Shown piece after piece: positions 32,771 to 42,783 of a DNA stretch of 64,000 nt. Both the position numbers and the translations under genes were made by a program. Every line of letters begins with the position of its first letter. The first letter of the stretch is position 1. The notes under the pieces are model-generated. The model was given only the letters and a program-made list of their open reading frames with translations. It did not search any database and was not told the DNA's origin. Origin of the DNA: an uncultured delta proteobacterium (GTDB lineage: Bacteria; Desulfobacterota; Binatia; UBA9968); the NCBI GenBank assembly GCA_963840855.1, contig CAWJBB010000027.1, forward strand, positions 96,001 through 160,000, given 5' to 3'.

Positions 32771-33739
32771 CTATTCCTTGAAATCCATCTTCGAATCCCA
32801 AGAGTGCAGCAGGCCCAGCTCATCGAGCGCTTCTTTGAGATACTTGAAATTGTAGTAGTCGCTCACCGGCTTTTTCGGCAAGTTCCATTCCTTGGTGTAG
32901 AAGTCCACCTTGCGTTGATAGCCGTCAAAGTCCAACACCGGCCCCCATTCATTGTGCACCTCGTCGTAGGCCAGGCTCGCCAGCTCGCGGGTGATGTAGT
33001 GGTTGTGGCGCAGGATGGAGTCGAGGGTTTCCTCTTTGCTATACCGGGCGACCATCGTGCCCCGCAGGAGCGCCCGCACCATGCCTTTGACGACAAACGG
33101 TTTTTCCGCGATCACGGCGGGCGAAGTCGAAAAGCCCGCTTCGGGTATCGCGCAAAGATCGCGGCATGAAGTGAGCGCGTGCCCGCCCATTTGCACGGCG
33201 ATATTCCAGTGCGGCGGATCGCAGCACACCGCATCCACCTCGCCCTTCTCGAATAACGCTAAACGAAAACGTTCTGTGTTGGGCGGTTTGCCGCGACTAT
33301 CGATCCAGGTGAGATCTTTTTCCGGATCGAGCCCATAGTGGCGCAACACCAACTTGGCATCCATGCTCGATCCGCCCTTGAGATCGCCGGCGATCCTTTT
33401 GCCCTTGAGGTCGGGAATATCTTTGATGTAAGGCTTGGCGACGAACACATGGGCCGTCCGGTTGGCGATGGACACCACATTCACTTCGCCGTCGATATGA
33501 TCGCGGTTTTCCAGCACCGAGCGAAACGGCGGGGAACCGCCCGGCGACTGAAATATTATCATTCCCTCTTTGCGCCACTGGTGGCGAGGGTGCTGGCTGT
33601 CGGGTATGCCCTGAACGGGCCGCAACTCGACGTCGAGACCTTCCTCTTTAAAAAAACCCTTGTCATGAGCCACCCACATCGGCGCTATATTCAGCGGCAG
33701 GGCCGGTCCAAAAACCGCGATTTTCTCTTGGGCATCCAT
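32771..33739 (-). CDS. ABC transporter substrate-binding protein (NMT1-like)
   Basis: WVAHDKGFFKEEGLDVE, DLKGKRIA and GLDPEKD. Confidence 0.78.
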   Translation of the reverse strand: MDAQEKIAVFGPALPLNIAPMWVAHDKGFFKEEGLDVELRPVQGIPDSQHPRHQWRKEGMIIFQSPGGSPPFRSVLENRDHIDGEVNVVSIANRTAHVFVAKPYIKDIPDLKGKRIAGDLKGGSSMDAKLVLRHYGLDPEKDLTWIDSRGKPPNTERFRLALFEKGEVDAVCCDPPHWNIAVQMGGHALTSCRDLCAIPEAGFSTSPAVIAEKPFVVKGMVRALLRGTMVARYSKEETLDSILRHNHYITRELASLAYDEVHNEWGPVLDFDGYQRKVDFYTKEWNLPKKPVSDYYNFKYLKEALDELGLLHSWDSKMDFKE

Positions 33740-33789
33740 CGATAATCCCCTTTCCTGGAGAGCTCAATTTTGGTCTGGCCACGCGCTGG

Positions 33790-33928
33790 AATGAAGCTCC
33801 TCGGAGCAAAGCTCCGAGGTATCTTTGCGAAATTCTCCGAAGCCCTTCCACCTTCCTTCGCCAAGGCTACGGAGGGTTCTCCTCGCCTTCATCCTCGCAG
33901 CAAACTGCGAGGTATTCGGCGAAGGAGA
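33790..33928 (-). mobile_element. Non-autonomous IS200/IS605-derived palindromic element (PATE-like), copy 1
   Basis: Highly similar to 42832-42969. Subterminal hairpins, TTAT immediately 5' on the minus strand, no target duplication. Confidence 0.72.
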
Positions 33929-34079
33929 ATAAGAGTGAATCCAAGGCCGCAGCCAGCCGCGGCGCGTCAAAAGCGATCCTGATGGCCTCGACTGCTTCGA
34001 AAGCCCAAGGCAAGCGATGACGACGCAGGTGACTTGACTCCTACTACGGCCGTCGGCTCGATTCGCGCTGTCACGCCGG

Positions 34080-35768
34080 CTAGCTGCGCAAAACCTTTCC
34101 CGGATAAGCGCCGGTGTGCGCTCCGTTTTGCATCAATACCGAACCGTTGACGATGCTATAGTGTATACCGCGAGCACCCTGGACGTAGCGCGGCCCGCCT
34201 TCGGGCAGATCGTTTACTTGCCGAGGTTTTTCCAGGCCGATGGCAGCCGGATCGAAAACAAAAATATCCGCCGCCATGCCGGGCCTTAGTAGACCGCGGT
34301 CGGCAATGCCGAAGATGGACGCCGGCATGAAAGTCAATTTTCTTATGGCGTCTTCGAGCGACATAATTTTGCGTTCGCGCACCCAATAGCTCAGCAGCAG
34401 CGTCCCGAAGCCAAATCCGGGATTGCCGCTGGCGACATGGGCGCCGGCATCGGACTGGCCGAGCATAACGTAAGGGCTCTGAAAAATCTCCCGCACCGCT
34501 TTTTCGTCTCCCTGAGTGTTGGATTCTTCGAAGACGGTTTCCAAGTCCTCCGCCAACGCCAGGTCGAGAAAAGCGTCCATGGCGGCTTTCCCTTGCAAGC
34601 GGGCGAGTTCGTCGATGCTCTTGCCTTGAAAGTCCTCGTGCTCCGCCCGGCTGACTTTATTGACGGTTACGGAACTCCAGCGATCCGTCAGATTCGTGGC
34701 CAGGCTGGCCGACGCCATTTCACCCGCTAGCCTTTGCCGCGTCCCGCCCTTGCCAAGCTCGTCCTTGCGGGATTCCAGGGTCAGCGACATTAACCGTTTC
34801 CACTCCGGCAGTTCCTTGAAGCGGTCGCCGTCTTTCAAGTTCCAACGCCGCAGCGAACGGCGCGTGGAAGTCATGGCATAACTCGCGAAGCCCCGGCGCC
34901 AGCGTTCTTCGACATCGTCGAGTTGTTTGCGCCACAGATCGGGTTCGCTCCAGCGGTGCCGGATGCTCTCGCCGATCAACGGCCGGCCGGTTTCGCTAAG
35001 AATCGCATCGTACCATTTGCCGATATTTGCCACATGTTCCGGCGTCGCAAAGGCGCCGTGAGTAAACTGCACCGCGCCGCGCCGGCTGGCGCCGACAACG
35101 CGGGAAAGCCGCTCCGCTTCACCGAGGCCCGCGAACCGGCTCGGCACCGGCTTGCCGTCTTCGCGGAAATGAGTTTGGTTGGAATTGGTGGAAAACCCAA
35201 AGGCGCCCGCCGCCATACCTTGGCGCACCAGATCTTCCATCTGGCTGATCTCGGGGTCGTTGGCTTCGCGCTCCACGCTCGCCTCGCCCATGGCGTACTG
35301 TCTGACGGCGCAATGGCCAACGAGAGTCGCGATGTTGAGGCCAAGGCGCCTGCGGCTGAGAGCGTCGAGAAATTCTCCATGGGTGGTCCACTCCCACGGG
35401 ATGCCGGCCTCCAAGGAATGGCGCGGCATGGCCTCGACGCGTACGAAGGTCCCAATCAGCGCGTTGCGGCTTTCGGGCTTGCACGGCGCCAAGGTCAGGC
35501 CGCAGTTGCCCATCACGACCGTGCTGACGCCATGTTCGTTGGATGACGATGCCAGCCCGTCCCACCAGATCTGCGCGTCGAAATGGGTGTGAAAATCGAT
35601 GATTCCCGGCGCCACGGCGAGACCGCCGGCATCGAGCACTTTGTCCGCCGGATCATTGATCCGGCCGATGGCGGCAATGCGTCCGTCGCGCACCCCGATG
35701 TCGGCGTTGAACGAAGGCATGCCGGAGCCGTCATAGATGCGCCCACCTTTCAAAATCAGATCATACAT
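34080..35768 (-). CDS. N-acyl-D-amino acid deacylase family amidohydrolase (paralog of 25649-27364)
   Basis: LKGGRIYDGSG, PGIIDFHTHFD, GNC and SDAGAH motifs. Confidence 0.9.
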   Translation of the reverse strand: MYDLILKGGRIYDGSGMPSFNADIGVRDGRIAAIGRINDPADKVLDAGGLAVAPGIIDFHTHFDAQIWWDGLASSSNEHGVSTVVMGNCGLTLAPCKPESRNALIGTFVRVEAMPRHSLEAGIPWEWTTHGEFLDALSRRRLGLNIATLVGHCAVRQYAMGEASVEREANDPEISQMEDLVRQGMAAGAFGFSTNSNQTHFREDGKPVPSRFAGLGEAERLSRVVGASRRGAVQFTHGAFATPEHVANIGKWYDAILSETGRPLIGESIRHRWSEPDLWRKQLDDVEERWRRGFASYAMTSTRRSLRRWNLKDGDRFKELPEWKRLMSLTLESRKDELGKGGTRQRLAGEMASASLATNLTDRWSSVTVNKVSRAEHEDFQGKSIDELARLQGKAAMDAFLDLALAEDLETVFEESNTQGDEKAVREIFQSPYVMLGQSDAGAHVASGNPGFGFGTLLLSYWVRERKIMSLEDAIRKLTFMPASIFGIADRGLLRPGMAADIFVFDPAAIGLEKPRQVNDLPEGGPRYVQGARGIHYSIVNGSVLMQNGAHTGAYPGKVLRS

Positions 35769-35983
35769 AACATCTCCTTTGAGGCTTTTATTTTACTGCG
35801 CCCCGCGACTGCGAACTCTGTCTGGTTACGGTTTCACTCGTTAATAATATTGTGTATAGTCGACGGCGGGGTTACTTGTCAATTTGCGATTCTGCTGAAA
35901 ACCTTGAATGCTTCGACAAGGATCAGCATGAACGGATAATTCCCAATGAATTCAACCGCTCTTCCCTTCGTTCCTTCGATAAA

Positions 35984-36221
35984 CTGCTATGTGGATGTCA
36001 AGTCACGGCACCGCCCTCTTATTTTCTTATGACTCTTTTCCTTCCCCACCCAAGAGAGACTGACTGCTATACGTGGCACGGCACCATGGCCGTCACACTG
36101 ACTGCTATGTGGATGTCAAGTCACGGCACCGCCCTCTTATTTTCTTATGACTCTTTTCCTTCCCCACCCAAGAGAGACTGACTGCTATACGTGGCACGGC
36201 ACCATGGCCGTCACACTGACT
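35984..36221. repeat. Perfect 118-bp tandem duplication of the IS right end
   Basis: Units start at 35983 and 36101. CT (AG core on the minus strand) recurs at 35984, 36102 and 36220. Confidence 0.9.
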
Positions 36222-36350
36222 TGGCATGCGCCCCTCTCTAAGGCACTCGGCCCCGGGCTCTCTATCTCATGGATCGAACCGTCAGGAGTTTGTCTCTCCC
36301 GGTTCTGTCTATCGTCGAGGCGTTCCCTGGGGCACGGTCTCCTCTTGGGT
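36166..36350 (-). ncRNA. Putative bridge/seek RNA of the IS1111-type element
   Basis: Downstream of the transposase and closed by an ACCCAAGAG-GAGAC / GTCTC-TCTTGGGT stem. Contains ATAGCAG, identical to the donor end plus core. Confidence 0.55.
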
Positions 36351-36362
36351 CAAAGGAGCCGA

Positions 36363-37439
36363 TTAAACTTTTTTCCTCACTACATAGGGTCTTTGTTCCA
36401 TCAAGACCACCGAAATCAGTACCGTGAGTTTTCTGGCCACCGCCACAATGGCCACCCGCGACGCCACCGGGCGCGCATGGCTCTGGCACACCGCCCGGAA
36501 AAATTCCCTCAGCTCACCGTCTTTTCGGATCGCCGACCAGGCGGCTTGGATGAGTTTGCTTCTCAGCCGCGGGTCTCCGCTGTGAGTGATCGATCCTCGA
36601 TCGGTTCGCTCTCCGGTGGAGTTCTCGGTAGGGACCAAGCCGAGAAAGGCTCCCAGTTGGCGCACGTTTCTCAGCTCACGCCAATCGCCGATCCTAGCCA
36701 AAAGCTGACTGGCCACAATCTGGCCAATCCCGGACACGCTCATCACGTACTTTATACACTGGGACAATTCGGCATCGTTCTGACACAAGCGGCGGATCTG
36801 TTGGGTTGTCTTAACGATCTGCTTCTCGTTGAACTCCAGACTGTCAAGCAACTGATCAAGCTCAAAACGCACGGTCGAAGAACAGGGAAGCTTTCTCAGT
36901 TTAGCCTTCACCATGAACGACCACTGACTACCGGCGGGGGCCGGGGGAAACTCCAGCCCTTCCATAAGCAACAGCGACTTGATGCGCTGCTTCATCGCCA
37001 CCATCGCGCTGACAAAGGTGTCGCGCAGCTGAGTCAAATGGCGCAGCTCACGGTACAGGACAGCGGGGACATGAATGCTCTTGAGCTGTCCGCCACGAAG
37101 ATTCTCCGAAATGCCTCGACTGTCGAGCCGATTGGTCTTCACTCTTTGTCCGGGCGCTTTGGGGATCATCGATGGCGAAGCGATCAGGCACGGGTAATCT
37201 TGAGCCACAATCCCATCGTACAAGCCGTAGCCCGTCGGTCCCGCCTCGTAGGCAAAGGCCACTTTCTGATCGGGAAAATGTTTACGCACGTGGTTCACAA
37301 GATGCTCCGCGCTATACGGCACGCGCAAGGAGCGAATAAACCCTTGCTGATTGGTAAAGGTCACCGAGATACTTTTCTTGCCCACATCCAGTCCCGCAAA
37401 CACGTCGTAGTCGCGGGGAATAAACGCTTTGCTGTTCAT
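36363..37439 (-). CDS. IS110-family transposase/recombinase
   Basis: GLDVGK, YEAGPTG, VKTNRLD (DEDD/RuvC-like), LGLVPTENSTG and AVARKL. RBS AGGAGG upstream. Confidence 0.95.
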   Translation of the reverse strand: MNSKAFIPRDYDVFAGLDVGKKSISVTFTNQQGFIRSLRVPYSAEHLVNHVRKHFPDQKVAFAYEAGPTGYGLYDGIVAQDYPCLIASPSMIPKAPGQRVKTNRLDSRGISENLRGGQLKSIHVPAVLYRELRHLTQLRDTFVSAMVAMKQRIKSLLLMEGLEFPPAPAGSQWSFMVKAKLRKLPCSSTVRFELDQLLDSLEFNEKQIVKTTQQIRRLCQNDAELSQCIKYVMSVSGIGQIVASQLLARIGDWRELRNVRQLGAFLGLVPTENSTGERTDRGSITHSGDPRLRSKLIQAAWSAIRKDGELREFFRAVCQSHARPVASRVAIVAVARKLTVLISVVLMEQRPYVVRKKV

Positions 37440-37638
37440 CTGATGTCCTCCTTCGCTCAATGGCGATTTGATGAATCACTATACTCGCTAAAGAGGACTT
37501 GTGGTTACACCTAACATCCATCATACAGGTCTCAGGGCAGACTCTGAGGCTTTCGTAAGGATGAACGGAGGGTGTTTCAGCTGACATGAAGCGGTGTCAA
37601 GTCCATCCCTTTGTGATCCGAATCATTTCCTGCCGTAT

Positions 37639-38721
37639 TCATAAACTGTAAAGCGCCCGGGCGTTATCGCTTAGAATTTTTCCCTTCACCTCGGGCGTGA
37701 GGTCCGTTCGATCCCGGAATATCTTGATGGCGTCGAGGTCGCTGGAGGTGTCGGTGTGGCCGTAGTCGGTGCCGATCACCAGGCAGTCCTCGCCGCATTG
37801 CTGCACGATGTAGGGCAGGTCATCCGAGTTTTCGCAGGTGACGAACATGCCGTATTCGCGGGCGATGTTTTCCGGCCATTCGCGGCTCAAAGTTTTGAAG
37901 CGATTTTTGGCTTCGTGGAGCACCCAGGGAAGCCACTGCGAGCTGGCCTCGATGAATCCCCAGCGCAGTTTGGGAAAAACCTCATGGAGCTCGCTCAGAA
38001 GAATATCCATGAAAGAGGCTACCGTGGGCACTCTGAAGCGGTGCAACGTTCCGGCGATTCTGACCGGGTGGTCGTAAAGGTCGTTCAGCCATTTGTTGCC
38101 GTTGGCGATGTGAATCGCAATCGCCATATCGAGCCGGCTCGCTTCGTCGTAGATCGGATAGAAATACGGGTCGCAGAGTAATCGCTGGCCTTCGACGGGA
38201 CGCATGAGCACGGCGCACGCGCCGTGCGCTTTGCCGAAGCGTATCTGATCGAGAGCATCGGACATGCTCAAAGTGGGCGGCATGCAGGACCAACGCAAGC
38301 GGTTATTCGACTGGCTCCAGATATCAGCGAGCCAGCGGTTCCAACTTTTGCATAATGCCACTTCCACCGCCGGGCGCTCCGTAACCGATTCGATGAAGAT
38401 CGTATTGTGCAGTACCTGAGTATCGACGCCGGTGCGGTCCATGTAGCCGAGGCGCAGATCGACGTTGCCCATTTCGCGCGACTCCTGATTTTCTGCGAAT
38501 CTCCGGCCGGTCCGCTGGGCGAGCCGCTCCAGCTCGGCGGGAGAGAATGCCGGAAAGCGCAGTCCCCGCACCTTGCCGTCGATGAGCCAAAACTGCAGCT
38601 TTACTCCCGCCTCTTCACGGCTCTCCAGGGACACCGGACGATATTTTTTTTCCGACGCGTCCAAGTAGTCCCATGTGTGGGCGGACTCGACGACGTGGGC
38701 GTCGGCGTCGATGATTTTCAT
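37639..38721 (-). CDS. Amidohydrolase_2 family protein
   Basis: IIDADAHVVE, PYFYPIY, FPKLRWGFIEA and GTDYGH motifs. Confidence 0.9.
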   Translation of the reverse strand: MKIIDADAHVVESAHTWDYLDASEKKYRPVSLESREEAGVKLQFWLIDGKVRGLRFPAFSPAELERLAQRTGRRFAENQESREMGNVDLRLGYMDRTGVDTQVLHNTIFIESVTERPAVEVALCKSWNRWLADIWSQSNNRLRWSCMPPTLSMSDALDQIRFGKAHGACAVLMRPVEGQRLLCDPYFYPIYDEASRLDMAIAIHIANGNKWLNDLYDHPVRIAGTLHRFRVPTVASFMDILLSELHEVFPKLRWGFIEASSQWLPWVLHEAKNRFKTLSREWPENIAREYGMFVTCENSDDLPYIVQQCGEDCLVIGTDYGHTDTSSDLDAIKIFRDRTDLTPEVKGKILSDNARALYSL

Positions 38722-38974
38722 TGTTTACCTCCTTCAGGCAAGCGATCGATCCGTTAGAAACAGCATGTACAACAGGCGTTATTCCGATGCAATGACGCTG
38801 CAGCGCCCGTGATTGGAGAAAAAATCGGGGAAATAGATAGAATGCCGCTTGCGTTGTTCGCTTCTTTTCTTTGACCGAGCGCTCCGTTGCCTTAGCTCGT
38901 GCGCCGCTTTGCGCAACGACAATTTCCACTCTTCGCTTTCTGCGAGGCGTACTCGGTTTCGACGTGGTTCACGG

Positions 38975-39295
38975 CTACCTATTCCTTGTCGATCCTTCTT
39001 GTAACCTCTGAGCCAGTCTCTCGTAATCTCCCAAATGCGCCCGCATGAGACTTTTCCAGAGTTTGCCATGGTGCGGCACGGAAAAATGCAATAGCTCGTG
39101 TACAATGACGTAGTCACCCACAGCCCGGTCCACCGATAAAAGTTCTGCATTGAAGTTCAGGTTACCCGCCGTTGAGCACGATGCCCATTTGTTCGACATC
39201 GGACGAACGGCGAGGGACCGTACTTTGACATCGAGTTTGTCGGCCCACTCCAGCACGCGGGCCTTGAACTCTTCCTTGTTGTTCCAACGCTTCAT
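38975..39295 (-). CDS. YgjP/DUF45 M48-like metallopeptidase domain protein associated with type I R-M
   Basis: MSNKWASCS and DYVIVHELLH (HExxH). Directly downstream of hsdR. Confidence 0.85.
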   Translation of the reverse strand: MKRWNNKEEFKARVLEWADKLDVKVRSLAVRPMSNKWASCSTAGNLNFNAELLSVDRAVGDYVIVHELLHFSVPHHGKLWKSLMRAHLGDYERLAQRLQEGSTRNR

Positions 39296-39296
39296 G

Positions 39297-42232
39297 TCAC
39301 TTGGCTGCGGCTTTCTGCAAAACCATGAAAATACTGTCCACGAGAGCAGTAGCCTTATTCAGGTCGTCCTCTTCGGCCAAAATCGCAAAAGTTACTTTCT
39401 TTCTGAGCTCGCGCAGCTCCTTTTCACTTTCCCGCCAGTTGGAAAACTCGGAGAAAGCCTGGCGCACCTTCTTGCTCGCCGTCTCGGCGTTGGCCACACC
39501 CTCGTCGGTGAGTTTACAGAGAACGAAATAGGTTAACCCATCGAGACCTTTTCCCGTCTGGGTTCTCTTTCGATCTTCGTTCCGTTCGATTTGCTTGAGC
39601 AGTTCGGCGAGTGCCTCTTCGGTGGTGCTCTGGCGATCCTCAAAGCTCTCCTGCACAGCGCGCGCCCGCTCGGCCATCGCCACTAGGAAGGGGTCGTCGC
39701 TATTCTCCAGCGCCGTTCGCTCGATAGATTTGATCAGATTGATGACCTTGATCGCTTTCCCTTCTTCGTTCTTTTTGATCGCGTCGATCGCGGCCCGGTC
39801 AAGTTTTACGAATTTATCGCTCTGTTCCATCACCGCCGTGTCAATATGACTTTGCACGAGGTCGTTGGTCTTTCGTTGGAATGCCTTATCGACGTAAACG
39901 GTCTTAGCGTAAGCCTGCTGCACCACCGCATAGATAGAGGACAGAGTCGTATAGTCGTCGATGAACGGACGCAGAAAAGCGTCGGGCGAGATGATCTCGT
40001 AAAGCATCTCGATCTCTTTGTACTCTTTGAAGAACTCTTTGCGCCGATCCTTGTCGCGGAAATGCTCGATCAAGTTATCGACGTCCTTATCATTGAAGTT
40101 CTGCGTCACGAGCGCCAGATAGTCGGGCGCCTTGCTTTCCATTTTTGCTTTGAAAAGCTGCTTGAGCAGGCCGATATCTTTGACGATGGCGTTGACTTCG
40201 TCGCTATCGAACGCCAGGGCTTTCTCCAGCTTGTCAAAGATGCCCACGAAGTCGAGCACGAAACCATGTGGTTTAACCATTTCTTCCCGCTCGTTCTCGT
40301 AGGGCCGGTTCACCCGAGCGATCGCCTGCAAGAGCGTATGGTCGCGCATCGGCTTGTCCAAATACATGGCGTAAAGTATCGGCGCGTCGAAGCCGGTCAA
40401 AAGCTTTTCCGTCACGATTAGAATCTTTGGGTCTTCGCCAAATTTCGTGAAGTTCTTGCGAATTTGTTTCTCTTTCTTTTCGTCGAGATGCCACTTTTTC
40501 ATGTGCGGCGGGTCGTTGTTGTTACCGGTGTAAACCACCGCGGACAACTCCGGAGGCAAAAACTCATCGAAGGCTTCTTTGTATAGGGCGCAGGCCTCCC
40601 GGTCCACGGCGACGAGAAAAGCCTTGTAGCCTAGCGGCTGCACGTTATCCAGGTAGTGCGCCGCTACGTGCCGCGCCACTTTTTTTATCCGTTCCTTGCT
40701 CTTCAAAAAGTTCTTGAGATTCACCGCCCGTTCGAGGATCTTGTTCAGCTCTTCGATGTCGGCGATTCCCTCAGTCTCGGCCAGGGCCAAGAATTCCTTT
40801 TCCATCACTTCGTGCGGTACGAGCATTTCGTTGGGCGCCAGGTCGTAATAGAGCGGCAAGGTGGTGCCGTCGTCGATGCTTTCACTGATGGAGTACTTGT
40901 GCAGATAGCCCTTGTCGTCTTCGCATCCAAAGGTTTTGAACGTTCCCTTGCCGTAAGCGGTCATGTCCACCGGCGTCCCGGTGAAGCCGATAAACGTAGC
41001 GTTCGGCAAACCCGCCATCAAATAATTGCCGAGATCGCCGCCCGTAGTCCGGTGCGCTTCATCGATCAAAACGTAGACATTTGCTCTCGTGTTGATGTTC
41101 GCTGGCATGTCGCGGAATTTTTGCATGGTCGAAACAATGATACCGCGGTAGTCCGACTTGAGCAGCCGGTTCAGCTCGGTGATCCGATTGGCGTGCGCAA
41201 CGTTGCCAAGACCAACGGCCACCAGGTTCTTGAGCATCTGATCTTGCAGCTCATTGCGATCAATCATCATCAAGATCGTAGGCTTATCAGCCTGCGGCGC
41301 CTTGAAGAGCAGCTCCGCGGCTTTGATCATCGTGTAGGTCTTACCGCTGCCTTGGGTATGCCAGATGAGCCCGCGGGAGAGCTTGGAGTCCAGCGCGCGA
41401 TCAACGACCCGCTCGACGCCGGCTGTTTGATGCTGGCGCAGCACGACCTTTTGCAGCTCTTCGTCTTTTTCCGCGAAGAGGATGAAATCTTTTAGGAGGC
41501 ACAGCAGATGGGGCACGGCGCAAAACGTCTTGACCTTGAACTCAAGATTGCCGATTTCTTCGTGCTTCCAGCGGAAAATGTTGCGCCGCACGGTGTTCCA
41601 GGTCGCGCCGTAGTCGAAGCCGATCGCTTCCGTTGCGGTGAAAAGCATCTGCGGCACCATCACTTCCGGCGTCTCGACGTGGTAGCGGCGGATCTGATCG
41701 ACACCGAGCGCGATTCCTTCGTCTTTGGTAGCGTTCTTACACTCGATCACCAGCACCGGGATGCCGTTGATGAGAAAAACCACGTCTTCCCGCGTGCCGT
41801 AACGTCCGTTGTGGAAGTAAAACTCTTCCGTGACTTCGTAGATGTTGCGCCAGTCTGTGCGTGGACGCGCGAGATCACCGTAGTCAATCAACGTAATGTC
41901 CAGCTCACGGTTTTCTTCAGGGGAAAAGAATTTGTGCTGGTTGCGCAGCGCCGTTAGAAAGTCACGGTTACCGTAAATGTCCGAATGAAACAGCTGAAAC
42001 TCACCGACAGCGCTCCATAGATCCTGTATGGCATTGAAGGCGCGAACCTGCGAGTGCAACAGATCGCCGAAGAACAGAGAACTTTTTCGTGCCCGTTCCT
42101 CGGGCGTAGCCCCGGCGGGATCAAACCCGCGCCGCCGCTCGGCTCATCGCGCGGCACGAAAGACCAACCGATGTCCTGTGCGTAGGATAAAATGCGAGAT
42201 TGGACAGTCTTATATTCGCCGGGCGCAGGCAT
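39297..42232 (-). CDS. hsdR: Type I restriction endonuclease subunit R; one-base frameshift near 42143
   Basis: LINGIP.VIECK nuclease motif, HTQGSGKT, DEAHR, LTGFDAP and QAIARVNR. N-terminus MPAPGEYKTVQ lies in another frame. Confidence 0.92.
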
Positions 42233-42298
42233 GAGAGCTATTCGACGCTGTTAAAAGGCTCCTGGATCGATGCCCACTTGGGGCGCATTTTTGAAAGG

Positions 42299-42553
42299 CT
42301 ATGGTTTGGCGGCCGATGACGCGGTCGACGCAAGAGCAGCGCTTTCCCGATCAAGCTCAGTCAAAGCTTTTTGAATTAACTCCACCTCCCGCGACTCGAA
42401 GAAAGGCTCTCCACATTGGCTACACACCCATGCCGGAATGGCGTCCCAGGCTACATGATAGCCGTTCCGATCAAAACTGAACGGCGCCATGCTCCGGGTC
42501 AAGCGACCTTTGCAATGCATGCATTCCATAGCTACGAAGTGGTGACGTCCCAT
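42299..42553 (-). CDS. YgiT-type zinc finger protein (MqsA-like N-terminal domain)
   Basis: CMHC...IPAWVCSQCGE. Confidence 0.8.
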   Translation of the reverse strand: MGRHHFVAMECMHCKGRLTRSMAPFSFDRNGYHVAWDAIPAWVCSQCGEPFFESREVELIQKALTELDRESAALASTASSAAKP

Positions 42554-42555
42554 TT

Positions 42556-42783
42556 TTACGGGTTCTTTCTAATGTATTCTTCCATTCGTTTTCCGACGCC
42601 GATGAGTGTCAGCCCGACTACCTCCCGAGCCTTTTCATCGTATCGAACAATGACACCATCGCCCACATCGACCCCTAGTGCGGGTTTTGGCTTTCCAAAG
42701 CTAATATAGAGCGTGTCGGCATCGCCGTCGTACTCCCAATCCAAGGGAGCACCCTTCTTGTCAAACAGTTTTAACGCTTCCAT
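42556..42783 (-). CDS. DUF2283 protein (putative antitoxin)
   Basis: YDGDADTLYISF...DGVIVRYD...VVGLTL. Confidence 0.85.
   Translation of the reverse strand: MEALKLFDKKGAPLDWEYDGDADTLYISFGKPKPALGVDVGDGVIVRYDEKAREVVGLTLIGVGKRMEEYIRKNP

Larger units (their letters stand above)
35984..37532 (-). mobile_element. IS110-family element, IS1111 subgroup
   Basis: Transposase, subterminal inverted repeats (TGGATGT), AG core at both ends, long 3' non-coding end. Joining the ends gives TTGACA-17 nt-TATGAT. Confidence 0.85.

Noticed and set aside
36147-37514. 455-aa plus-strand ORF and other long antisense ORFs (e.g. 22842-23630, 1868-2644, 56685-57581)
   Set aside because: Shadow ORFs opposite well-supported genes in GC-rich DNA, with no recognisable motifs.
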